Origin: a virus
Taxonomy: Duplodnaviria > Caudoviricetes
Virus record (IMG/VR): IMGVR_UViG_3300027412_000003
Location: 1-29,342 of that record
Length of the DNA stretch: 29,342 nucleotides
Strand: one strand, 5' to 3'
The notes under the pieces: model-generated
The model's input: only the letters and a program-made list of their open reading frames with translations
The model's database searches: none
What the model was told of the DNA's origin: nothing
Shown here: piece after piece, positions 8,373 to 16,399 of the stretch
How the letters are laid out: each line of letters opens with the position of its first letter
Position numbering within the stretch: the first letter of the stretch is position 1
Translations under genes and position numbers: made by a program

Positions 8373-8947
8373 GGTAGCTCTCCTGTCATCATGGTTTCGA
8401 TGGTGTTGCGCGCCCTGGTGAAAGATGCGACTGCTTCGCTCAGTTCCTTATGCGCTTTTTCCAGTTCTCCTGGATCAACACCATCTACCAGTGCGGCCAT
8501 TGCGCTTTCGGCATCGGACGCTTCAGTCAGCATTTCCTTCAGCATCACCAGCGGTTGAGTCGTGCCTTCCGTGCTGATGTTGCGACAGGCTAGTCCGACC
8601 GGCATCAACATGCGGTTGACTGCGTTCATGCGCAGATCGGCGGGCAGGGCGGCGAGGATGGACGGGATGAAGTTTGCAGGCAGCAGGTTATTGTCTTTGG
8701 TGACATCGTCCAGCCAGCGGAAGATGCGGTCGGCGTTCACCTTCATGCGGCCATACGCATCGCGGGTATGCGGGTCGAACACGATGCCGCTGACCTGTTG
8801 CATGCCGTGTTGCTCGTGCGCTTCCACGATCATCTGCGCGGCGGTCTCGCGGCTCCAGCTGTTCTTCTTGCGCCACACCTCGACTGCGTCGCGGATGATG
8901 CCGATCAGGGTGTGCGAACCGTGTTGCATGATGGTGGGCTTTTTCAT
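8369..8947 (-). CDS. YdaT/CII-like phage regulatory protein
   Basis: IRDAVEVWRK...NADRIFRWLDD...FIPSILAALP resembles the YdaT family. Located after the cro-like gene. Start placed at ATG 8947; the track gives 8998. Confidence 0.65.
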   Translation of the reverse strand: MKKPTIMQHGSHTLIGIIRDAVEVWRKKNSWSRETAAQMIVEAHEQHGMQQVSGIVFDPHTRDAYGRMKVNADRIFRWLDDVTKDNNLLPANFIPSILAALPADLRMNAVNRMLMPVGLACRNISTEGTTQPLVMLKEMLTEASDAESAMAALVDGVDPGELEKAHKELSEAVASFTRARNTIETMMTGELP

Positions 8948-8960
8948 GGCTATGATTTGA

Positions 8961-9140
8961 CTAAGCGGTTTGCTTGCGTTGTTGTTCCTGACGGGCAATG
9001 CCGTCGCGGATGAATTCGGCAGCCAGGTTGCTCATGCTGCGCTGGGTGTTTTCGGCCACGGCGCGTAGTCGCTGACGGTCGTCTTCCCGAAAATGCACGA
9101 TCAGCGGTGTCCGTTTGGGTTTGCTATCCGAAGTGGTCAT
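8961..9140 (-). CDS. Ribbon-helix-helix (Arc/CopG-like) protein in the cro/cox position
   Basis: PLIVHFREDDRQRLRAVAENTQRSMSNLAAEFI follows the RHH strand-helix-helix pattern. First gene after the lytic promoter. Confidence 0.7.
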   Translation of the reverse strand: MTTSDSKPKRTPLIVHFREDDRQRLRAVAENTQRSMSNLAAEFIRDGIARQEQQRKQTA

Positions 9141-9173
9141 GGCTAGAATCAATCAATGTTTAAAGTGAATACA

Positions 9174-9202
9174 ATTATGAGAATTAAAGTTCTCTATGTC
9201 AA
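9174..9202 (-). promoter_or_regulatory. Early lytic sigma70 promoter with an overlapping operator
   Basis: Minus strand TTGACA-N17-CATAAT. Palindrome GAGAA-TTAAAG-TTCTC (9179-9194) covers the spacer. A related site ATGAATTTTGATTCTC lies at 9212-9227. Confidence 0.8.
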
Positions 9203-9211
9203 CAAATAATT

Positions 9212-9553
9212 ATGAATTTTGATTCTCTTTTTGGTGGGCGTTTGAAAGAAGAACGGGTTCGCTTGGATTTAAATCAAGCGGAAGCTGGAAATATTGCAGG
9301 TGTAAGTCGTGAGATGTGGGGTAAATACGAACGAGGGGCCGTGCCTGGTGCAGATGTATTAGCGGCCTTGGCCGGATATGGTGCGGATGTGATGTACATC
9401 CTGACCGGTACGCGCAGCGCGGCGCTTCCCGGCATCAGCCCGCGTCAGCGCGCGTTGCTGGACAACTATGAGCATAGTGATGAATCGGGTAAGTCGATCA
9501 TCGAGGGAACTGCCTCTCTGGCAGCGGAATCAGCGCAAGTGAAGAAGGCGTGA
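9212..9553 (+). CDS. XRE-family HTH immunity repressor (no peptidase domain)
   Basis: RLKEERVRLDLNQAE...VSREMWGKYERG...DVMYILTG. Divergent from the lytic operon. Confidence 0.9.
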   Translation: MNFDSLFGGRLKEERVRLDLNQAEAGNIAGVSREMWGKYERGAVPGADVLAALAGYGADVMYILTGTRSAALPGISPRQRALLDNYEHSDESGKSIIEGTASLAAESAQVKKA

Positions 9554-10023
9554 CAATGAATTTTAAATATAAGGACGCCCAGGGAGAAATTAAAACATTT
9601 GATTTACACCAGGCCTGGCGAGAAGAGGGCAAGTACATCATTGGGTTCGATACAGCAGATGAGCGTACAAAGACATTTCTTAAATATCGCGTGATCGAGT
9701 ATTTGAATGGCTCAGAAAAACTACTTGAAGTGCCGTATCCGCCAGCACCAGAACCGTTACATGCAATAACGCGCCCACCAGAGATACTTTTTACAGGATT
9801 TCCAAAAGAGCAAAGAGCAAAACTTGAGGCGAAGGCAATTGCTAAAGGGATGCATGTAGTTAAGACGGTTACAGCAAATCTCCTATATTTGTGTGCTGGG
9901 CCGAATGCTGGACCAGCAAAACTATCCGCGGCAAGATCGAAAGGCTGTTACGCCATGTCCCCAGTTAGTTTTCTAAATCTTCTTGAAACTGGTGAATTGC
10001 CAGATCATGATTTATTTGACTAA
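9550..10023 (+). CDS. WYL-like + BRCT domain protein
   Basis: C-terminal ILFTGF...LEAKA...VVKTVTANLLYLCAGPNAGPAKLSAARSKG is a ligase/RFC-type BRCT. N-terminal FKYKDAQGE...YIIGFD...RTKTFLKYRV is WYL-like. Confidence 0.8.
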   Translation: MTMNFKYKDAQGEIKTFDLHQAWREEGKYIIGFDTADERTKTFLKYRVIEYLNGSEKLLEVPYPPAPEPLHAITRPPEILFTGFPKEQRAKLEAKAIAKGMHVVKTVTANLLYLCAGPNAGPAKLSAARSKGCYAMSPVSFLNLLETGELPDHDLFD

Positions 10024-10029
10024 GAATAA

Positions 10030-10149
10030 ATGATCCGCACACTCGCCCTCATCGCCTTACTCGCCCCACTTCTATGCTGGGGCGATTCATTGGTATACGG
10101 GTTGGTGAATTCACGCTTTTGGAGAATGGAGAGAACGAGATGGATTTAG
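10030..10149 (+). pseudogene. 39-aa ORF with a signal-peptide-like start; possible remnant of a secreted-protein gene
   Basis: Hand translation MIRTLALIALLAPLLCWGDSLVYG... Confidence 0.3.
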
Positions 10150-10694
10150 AAGCAATCAAATTACTTCAAGAAATTAAGGCTATCGTCACAACGATATCCA
10201 ATGATTCTGCACCATGGATCGCTTTTAGCGGTGTGGTACTTGCGGCCATTTTTGCAGGTTACTTCAGCATTAGTGCTTACCAAAAGAGTCAGAAGGATGT
10301 CCGCAGGCAACACGTTCTTGACCAGCGTAAACAAGCACTCTTCGAGGCACTACAAGCCATCAATCACGTGTACGCTAACACAGTGTGGAATGAACAGCCT
10401 CCGCTGAACCCCGCAGAGTGGGACATCAATCTGGCTCGGGCAGCTCTAAACAAGCTCAACGTGTATTGCGAAAGGCCCGATGCGGTCATCAAAGCATTTC
10501 ACAGAGCTGTCGGCACGAATGATGTACTTTACAACGCCGCCAGCATTAACGACTTTATACGGGAATGTGCACGAGAACTGGATTTACCGGAAGTCTCGTT
10601 TACAGATGAAAACAAGGCATGGATTTCGTCTTTACCTGGAACCAGAGAGTGTGAAGAGCTCGAAAAGAGAAGGGCCTTCAAACAGTCATTTTAG
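10140..10694 (+). CDS. Accessory (moron) protein with an N-terminal TM helix
   Basis: WIAFSGVVLAAIFAGYFSI hydrophobic segment followed by a helical domain. ATG at 10140 has a GGAG upstream; the track start is 10074. Confidence 0.8.
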   Translation: MDLEAIKLLQEIKAIVTTISNDSAPWIAFSGVVLAAIFAGYFSISAYQKSQKDVRRQHVLDQRKQALFEALQAINHVYANTVWNEQPPLNPAEWDINLARAALNKLNVYCERPDAVIKAFHRAVGTNDVLYNAASINDFIRECARELDLPEVSFTDENKAWISSLPGTRECEELEKRRAFKQSF

Positions 10695-10844
10695 GCGATT
10701 GGCAGGAATTTGAGCGAGCGATGAGCTCGCGAGATAGCGGGAATCATAAGCCGGTAATTATTACCGAGGAATAGTGGGCTGGTTATATCAATAGTTTTAT
10801 ATGTTCGATGTTTTGGAATCAATTCAATCAATAAGGGAGCCTTT

Positions 10845-11759
10845 ATGTCGCATCAGCATGTCGTTAATCTGTCTTATAGAATAAAGTACGAAACTAAAGA
10901 CCCTGTGCCTATTGATGAGGTTGTGAGAGCCTTAGAATCCTTGAATTCCTTGCTGGCTTCAGCATCATCTGTTATTTCTGGTATTTCAGATATTCAAATA
11001 CAAGGGCAACAAATTTTTGTTGAGAGAATTGAATCTGGCAGTTTAATCGAAGATATTGGGATAAAATTAATCTTCGGCAGCAAGGAGAAGATGGATGAGT
11101 TTTTATTGTGGTTGCACGATACAAATATGAGAGGCATAGTTATTGGCGCTTTGTTGGGCGGTGCGCTGACTTATGGATATGGGGTATTAACCCATAATAA
11201 TGCTGATGCGTCTGCAAATACTGGCTCGCTTATCACCAATAGCCCAAACAGTATGATTATTAACTTCCCCGCTGGCGAGTTGAGTGATGAAATGCGTATT
11301 CTGGTAAAACAGGAATTTGCAAAGCGTGTAAGAAATAAAGACGAGATTGCCAAGCAAACCATAAACTTTTTCAAGCCTATGCAACATGACCCAAGTGCGT
11401 CAATTTCATTAGGTGAAGGTGAGGTTAAGGCGGCAATTCCTGCAGCAACAATTGCAAAAATTCCAACTAAATATGTGGCTAAGAAGAACAACCGTTTTGA
11501 GGAAATTTCCGGGGTTGAAATTGAGCTTCGTGCGACAGATTTGGATAATAAAAAAACGGGTTGGGCAGGCTCAATTACAGGGGTAACAAATCGGCTTAAA
11601 ATAGAAATCGACCCGACTATAGACCCAAGTGAATTATATGGGCGCTCTAAAATTACGGCTGATGTGACTTTGGAGCGAGTATTTGATCCAAGTTTTAATG
11701 AAATGATGCCGAAACGAATTGTTATTAGAACAATACATGAACCTGAATCTATTGAATGA
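10845..11759 (+). CDS. AT-rich accessory (moron) protein of unknown function
   Basis: 304-aa ORF with AAGGGAG RBS, an ESGSL motif, a central Gly-rich hydrophobic helix and a beta-rich C-terminus. Confidence 0.85.
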   Translation: MSHQHVVNLSYRIKYETKDPVPIDEVVRALESLNSLLASASSVISGISDIQIQGQQIFVERIESGSLIEDIGIKLIFGSKEKMDEFLLWLHDTNMRGIVIGALLGGALTYGYGVLTHNNADASANTGSLITNSPNSMIINFPAGELSDEMRILVKQEFAKRVRNKDEIAKQTINFFKPMQHDPSASISLGEGEVKAAIPAATIAKIPTKYVAKKNNRFEEISGVEIELRATDLDNKKTGWAGSITGVTNRLKIEIDPTIDPSELYGRSKITADVTLERVFDPSFNEMMPKRIVIRTIHEPESIE

Positions 11760-11768
11760 TGTTTAACC

Positions 11769-11801
11769 AGCCCGCCATCACCTTGATGCGCGGGCTTTTT
11801 T
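11769..11801 (+). terminator. Rho-independent terminator of the accessory genes
   Basis: AGCCCGCCATCA-CCT-TGATGCGCGGGCT followed by a T tract. Confidence 0.85.
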
Positions 11802-11841
11802 GTCACTTATCCACAGAAGTGTCCACCGTTTTTGTGGATTA

Positions 11842-13170
11842 TTAACCTGCAATCTCCGTTGCCTTGATCTCCAGCGCGAGCTGGGTGGTGTAGCCGCTGT
11901 CGCTCAGGGCGTGGGTGACTTTGATGATGATCCAGTCGGTGCTGTCTATGGCGGGTTTGAAGCCTTGCACGGTGGCGGGTGTCTCGGGGATCAGCTCGGG
12001 CTGGCCGTGTGCCAGGGTGATGCTGAACTCGGCCATGCCGCGCTGGAGTCTGCGCCATTCGGCACGCGCTGCCCGACGTGCGTTCTCCTGGCTGGCATAG
12101 ACGTGGCGCAGGGTCTTGGTGTTGTCGGCGCTGCTCTCAATGGCGACTGTCGGTGTTGCCAGGCGGGCGGCGTCTTTCTTGGCCAGTTTGGCAGCGGCGG
12201 TTTTCTCGGCCTGCTCTTCGGCGAGGCCATAAGGCACTTCTCCACTGACGCCCAGATTGCGGTCGTTGTAACTTACCTTGACGCCGATATAGCCTGCACG
12301 TTGCGCGGTGGTCATCTTGCGCCAGGTCTTGCGCGCCAGCTTATGCGCGGCAGCGTGGCTCTTGCTCAGTCCGGACAGTGGTTTGTAGGTTCCGGTGGGG
12401 ATGACGACTACCGGCGCCGGGCGATTATGTTCGGCATCGTCTTCGGCCTTGCCCCAGATCACTTCGCCCTTGGCCGCTGAATGCGTGTCGTTGTAGCTGG
12501 CTTTCACCTGGCTGTAACTGTCGCGCTCGGCCATGGTGAAGTGGTGACTGTCGCCTGATTGACGTGTGAGTACCACCGTTGGCAGGCGCTGGCCGCTGGC
12601 AGTGACCCCTCCCCCACTCTGAATGAATAGCAGCCTGCCACCCTTCACGGTGGCGATGGCATCAAACTGCGCGGCCAGCCTAGTGAGCAGGTTGGCGGAT
12701 GATTCGTTGGTCTGGTCTATATGGTCCACCAGCTGGCTGGCCAGCGCGGTGGAGACCATCGGCTGCAGGTCGTTCTCAGATGCGATGGTGTTAACGATCT
12801 GGCCGACTGTCTGCTGGTGGAACGAGCGTTCGCGCTGGGTGGTGAGGCCTGAGCGCAGATCCGCGCTGCGGGCGCGGATGGTGAGGGTGTCGGGCGCGCC
12901 GCTGTGGCTGACTTCGTCCACGGTATAGCTGCCCTTATCTACCAGCCCGCTATCCTGCCAGCCGAGGGACAATCGCACTTCTGCACCGCGTGCTGGCAGA
13001 TCGAGCTTGCCGTCGCTGTCGTCTAGTGTGATGTCGAGCTGGTCAGCCTCGAAGCCGCGATTGTCGGTGAGCGTCAGGCTTATCAGCCTGTCCTGCACGG
13101 TGGTGGTGATGTCCAGGCCGTCCACGTTGAGACGGAAGGCGGGCTGTTTATAAGAGGTATCGCCGATCAT
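11842..13170 (-). CDS. D: Baseplate hub / late control protein gpD
   Basis: RLISLTLTDNRGFEADQLDITLDDSDG, HIDQTNES, LAHGQPELIPETP motifs and P2 synteny. Confidence 0.95.
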   Translation of the reverse strand: MIGDTSYKQPAFRLNVDGLDITTTVQDRLISLTLTDNRGFEADQLDITLDDSDGKLDLPARGAEVRLSLGWQDSGLVDKGSYTVDEVSHSGAPDTLTIRARSADLRSGLTTQRERSFHQQTVGQIVNTIASENDLQPMVSTALASQLVDHIDQTNESSANLLTRLAAQFDAIATVKGGRLLFIQSGGGVTASGQRLPTVVLTRQSGDSHHFTMAERDSYSQVKASYNDTHSAAKGEVIWGKAEDDAEHNRPAPVVVIPTGTYKPLSGLSKSHAAAHKLARKTWRKMTTAQRAGYIGVKVSYNDRNLGVSGEVPYGLAEEQAEKTAAAKLAKKDAARLATPTVAIESSADNTKTLRHVYASQENARRAARAEWRRLQRGMAEFSITLAHGQPELIPETPATVQGFKPAIDSTDWIIIKVTHALSDSGYTTQLALEIKATEIAG

Positions 13171-13613
13171 AGCAGCGCCATCAGCTCGTTGGTGACGACG
13201 CCGACGATGTCTGGCACATCTTCATCCACTCGGGTGAGCTTGAGGCTGAACTCGATCTTGCGCGCACTGCCATCACCGAAGAATAGGCTGCCGGTTTCGC
13301 TGATGTCCTCGATGACGAACAGGCCGTAGAACCAGCCGGTGCCTTCCAGTAGTGGCCACGCCTTTCCGGTCTCAGCCATGTAGCGCAGCATGGATAGGGT
13401 GACTTTGCCGCCGGTGATCTCCGGGTAGAGCGTGCCGCTCAGGGTGATGCTGTCGTCGCCGGGGCCGATGAACTGACGTGCCGGACGGCGGCCTACCCGC
13501 GAGCTGGACGGATGTCGCCAGCTGGTCTGGCGTTGCAGTTGTTGATAAGGCACGGTGTTGAGGCCGAATACAAACAGGCCGAGTGCCATCATGACGGAGG
13601 ATTGAGAGAACAT
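13167..13613 (-). CDS. U: Tail tube initiator gpU
   Basis: MMALGLFVFGLNTVPYQQLQRQTSWRHPSSSRVG motif. Confidence 0.95.
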   Translation of the reverse strand: MFSQSSVMMALGLFVFGLNTVPYQQLQRQTSWRHPSSSRVGRRPARQFIGPGDDSITLSGTLYPEITGGKVTLSMLRYMAETGKAWPLLEGTGWFYGLFVIEDISETGSLFFGDGSARKIEFSLKLTRVDEDVPDIVGVVTNELMALL

Positions 13614-13616
13614 GCG

Positions 13617-15902
13617 CTATTCCTTGTCGGTCAGTCGGCTGCGCGCCTGCGCGGCTTTGTTGCGATCGATGCGCTCGAATTCACGCCCGACATAGCGCGC
13701 AAGCAACTTCTCGTCCATGCCTGCTGATGGGTAGATGTTCTGGACGATCTGTCCGGATGCTGAGTGTTGAGACTTAGCGACCGCCGACATCACCGGCGGG
13801 CGGGTGTCGAATTTAATAGGCGCTGCCGTTGCCGGGCCTGATACCGCCGCGACTGCTGACAGTGCCAGCCCGATGGGGCCCGGCAGAAACTTGAGCAACG
13901 GTTTGAGGAAAGATAGTTTGTCGCGTATCCATTCAACCATTTTGGTGAAGCCCGAGGCGATACCGTCCCATAGGCCGACGAAGAATGTCTTGATCGGTGA
14001 CCAGTACTTGTAGATCAGCAAGGCACCGACGGCAAGCGCGGTGATCGCCAAGCCAAGCGGATTCATAAACAGTAATCGTCCCAGCCAGAGCAGCCCAGTG
14101 CCGATGGTCTTGAGCATGGAAAATACCGCCATGCCCTTGATCGGCAGCACTGCGAGCGTGAATTTAAGTATGGCAAAAGGCCCCAGCACGGCGGCGATGG
14201 CCAGCATCAAGCCACCCACCACAGTGACGACACCAGCGATGACGGCGGCGGTCTTCATCAGGTTGGCAGTCAGTTCGGGATGCTCTTTCACCCAGTCGCG
14301 CATGCCCCTCAGTACATCCTTAATACTGCCGAGAATATCCACCAGCGCAGGCTTTAACACCAAACCAAGATCAGAACTCATATTGAATAGGCTATTTTTT
14401 GCCAGATCGTATTGCGCACTGAGTGCCTGTGTACGCGTCAACGCCTCGCGATCCATCGAGCCGTTTGCTTTGGCATCGTTGACCAACTCGAGTTGACGAC
14501 GGTATTCGCCCAGGTTGGATGCCAGCTTTGCGGCATCGTCGCCGAATTCCTTGCCGAACAGCCGCGTGGTGGCTTCGAGTTGTTTTTCCTGCGGCAGCGA
14601 TTTGATGGCGTCCATTACCTTGAGGATGGTGCCGGTAGCGTCTTTGCTCATGCCGAGCTGCACGCCCTTGGCATCCAGCCTGAGCATCGCCAGCCCTTCC
14701 TGAAATTTTTTGCTTTGCATGGTCGCGATTGATAGGTTCGTCATCATCGCATTGGATGCTGATGCCGAGACTTCTGAGTTGGCGCCCAGACTAAGGAAGG
14801 TGCTGGCCAGCGCGGCGGCTTCGCGGTATTTCATGCCGACGCTGTCGGCGGTACCGGCGATACGCTGCATCACGTTGATGATGTCGCCGCCCTTGGATTG
14901 GGCGTTGTCGTCCAGGAAGTTGATCACGTCGCCCAGTTGGCCGATGTTTTTGATCGGCACTTTATACAGCGCGGCGATCTTGCCCATCTGGTCGCTGAGT
15001 TCGTCCACTGGGAGGTCAAATGCGATGGCGGCTTTTGCGGCTGTTTCAGCAAAGGTAAGCAAGTCGCTCTTGCCTTGTATGCCCATGCGCGCTGCGGCCT
15101 CGACGATGTTGGCGAATTCGATACTTGTCATCGGCAGTCGTTCGCTCATCGCTTTGATGGCATCGCCCATTTCGTAGTAGCTCTTGGTGTAGTTTCCGTT
15201 GGCATCCTTGGCACCATCTACTTGCCGTGCTACGCCCAGCATGGCATCTTCGAAGCTTGCGTAATCCTTGATCGCTTTTAAGATCGGCATGCTCATTGCC
15301 ACGCCAGCCGCCGTGGTGGTGGCACCTGCCATTGCCAGCTTATCGCGCTGACTGATGGTCTTGTCGTAATTGGCGCGGGCGGCGTGCAGGGCTTGCTGGC
15401 GTTTGTTGAGCACTTGCAGCGCTTCGCTTTGCTTGTTGACCTCACCGGTGGCCAGCGCCATCTGGCTCTTCAGCTCTTTCTGCTTAGCGTTGAGGTTGCC
15501 GGTGGCGATGCCATTGGCTTTGAGTGTGTCACGTAGGCGTTGCTGTTTGACGATCAGCTCGTTGTGTTCTTGCTTGAGTTTTAAGGCGCTATCCTTGGCT
15601 TCCTTGAAGGCGCGTGCCATATCGCGAGTTGGGACGGGTACTTTGTCTATTTCCTGACGGATGCGCTTGACTTCAGCCTGTGCAGATTTCAGCGTGTTGG
15701 CAGTGATGGACGCATCTTTGGATACTTTCTGGAAGGCGCTGATGTTGTCCTGGGCGCGGTTCAGTTCCTTGAGTTGATCCTTGGCCGCCTTGAGCGCATT
15801 GGCGGTTTCGCTGCTGCCTGACGTGATGGCCTTGAGCGGCTTGAGGATTTTCTCTGTCAGCGCAAGCTGCACCCGTAGTTGAAGTTCGTTCATGTTATTC
15901 AT
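13617..15902 (-). CDS. T: Tail tape measure protein
   Basis: Long Ala-rich helical protein with a TP901-type core (FEDAMLGVARQV) and hydrophobic C-terminal segments, between E and U. Confidence 0.93.
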   Translation of the reverse strand: MNNMNELQLRVQLALTEKILKPLKAITSGSSETANALKAAKDQLKELNRAQDNISAFQKVSKDASITANTLKSAQAEVKRIRQEIDKVPVPTRDMARAFKEAKDSALKLKQEHNELIVKQQRLRDTLKANGIATGNLNAKQKELKSQMALATGEVNKQSEALQVLNKRQQALHAARANYDKTISQRDKLAMAGATTTAAGVAMSMPILKAIKDYASFEDAMLGVARQVDGAKDANGNYTKSYYEMGDAIKAMSERLPMTSIEFANIVEAAARMGIQGKSDLLTFAETAAKAAIAFDLPVDELSDQMGKIAALYKVPIKNIGQLGDVINFLDDNAQSKGGDIINVMQRIAGTADSVGMKYREAAALASTFLSLGANSEVSASASNAMMTNLSIATMQSKKFQEGLAMLRLDAKGVQLGMSKDATGTILKVMDAIKSLPQEKQLEATTRLFGKEFGDDAAKLASNLGEYRRQLELVNDAKANGSMDREALTRTQALSAQYDLAKNSLFNMSSDLGLVLKPALVDILGSIKDVLRGMRDWVKEHPELTANLMKTAAVIAGVVTVVGGLMLAIAAVLGPFAILKFTLAVLPIKGMAVFSMLKTIGTGLLWLGRLLFMNPLGLAITALAVGALLIYKYWSPIKTFFVGLWDGIASGFTKMVEWIRDKLSFLKPLLKFLPGPIGLALSAVAAVSGPATAAPIKFDTRPPVMSAVAKSQHSASGQIVQNIYPSAGMDEKLLARYVGREFERIDRNKAAQARSRLTDKE

Positions 15903-16011
15903 CCGCTCCGCTTCGTTTACGCGCCTGTTCGCGCCATTCCATCAATTCCGGCAGGCTCATCTGGTACATGTCGCCGGGTGACCAGTGGAAGATGGCGGCG
16001 ATGTCGGCCAT
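15895..16011 (-). CDS. gpE' segment, expressed as E+E' through a -1 frameshift
   Basis: MADIAAIFHWSPGDMYQMSLPELMEWREQA is typical of P2 E'. The -1 frame is open from the slippery site TTTTTTG at 16059-16065. Confidence 0.9.
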   Translation of the reverse strand: MADIAAIFHWSPGDMYQMSLPELMEWREQARKRSGADE

Positions 16012-16037
16012 CGCTTCTTCCACACGGCCGGGCAGTG

Positions 16038-16316
16038 CTACTTCACTGCCTTCGGTAACAAAAAACCAGCCACCATTGAACCGAATTGCACCAGGTCTGC
16101 GGGATCGAGTGCGGCGGCTTCCATCTCGGTCAATGTTGGGGTGCTGATCCTCGGCAGGATGCGCTGCAGGGCGTTGACATCCATCTGCAGCAGGTCGGTT
16201 AAGGTGAGGCCGCGCAGCTCGCCTGATACGGGCTTGCGCAGTTCCACGCTGGTGATTTCGCTATCGCCGCGCTTGATGGGTTGATCTAGGGTGATGGTGT
16301 TATTTGATAGGCTCAT
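16038..16316 (-). CDS. E: Tail assembly chaperone gpE
   Basis: LRKPVSGELRGLTLTDLLQMDV...LPRISTPTLT motif. Confidence 0.93.
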   Translation of the reverse strand: MSLSNNTITLDQPIKRGDSEITSVELRKPVSGELRGLTLTDLLQMDVNALQRILPRISTPTLTEMEAAALDPADLVQFGSMVAGFLLPKAVK

Positions 16317-16399
16317 GATGGTCTCGTTTGATTGGTTCGGGGTTTACCCTCTCCCACGACGGGAGAGGTGGCTGCGGTGCTGCTTCGGGAGGTATTGCG

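Noticed and set aside
10779-10794. Possible LexA box CTGGTTATATCAATAG
   Set aside because: The right half-site is TAG rather than the near-invariant CAG, and there is no second site.
11171-12480. 211-aa (-) and 226-aa (+) ORFs
   Set aside because: Antisense shadows of the 304-aa moron and gpD; the first also crosses a terminator.
16350-16399. Hairpins between FII and E (CCTCTCCC/GGGAGAGG)
   Set aside because: No U-tract; most simply an mRNA stability or step-down element of an ordinary tail operon.
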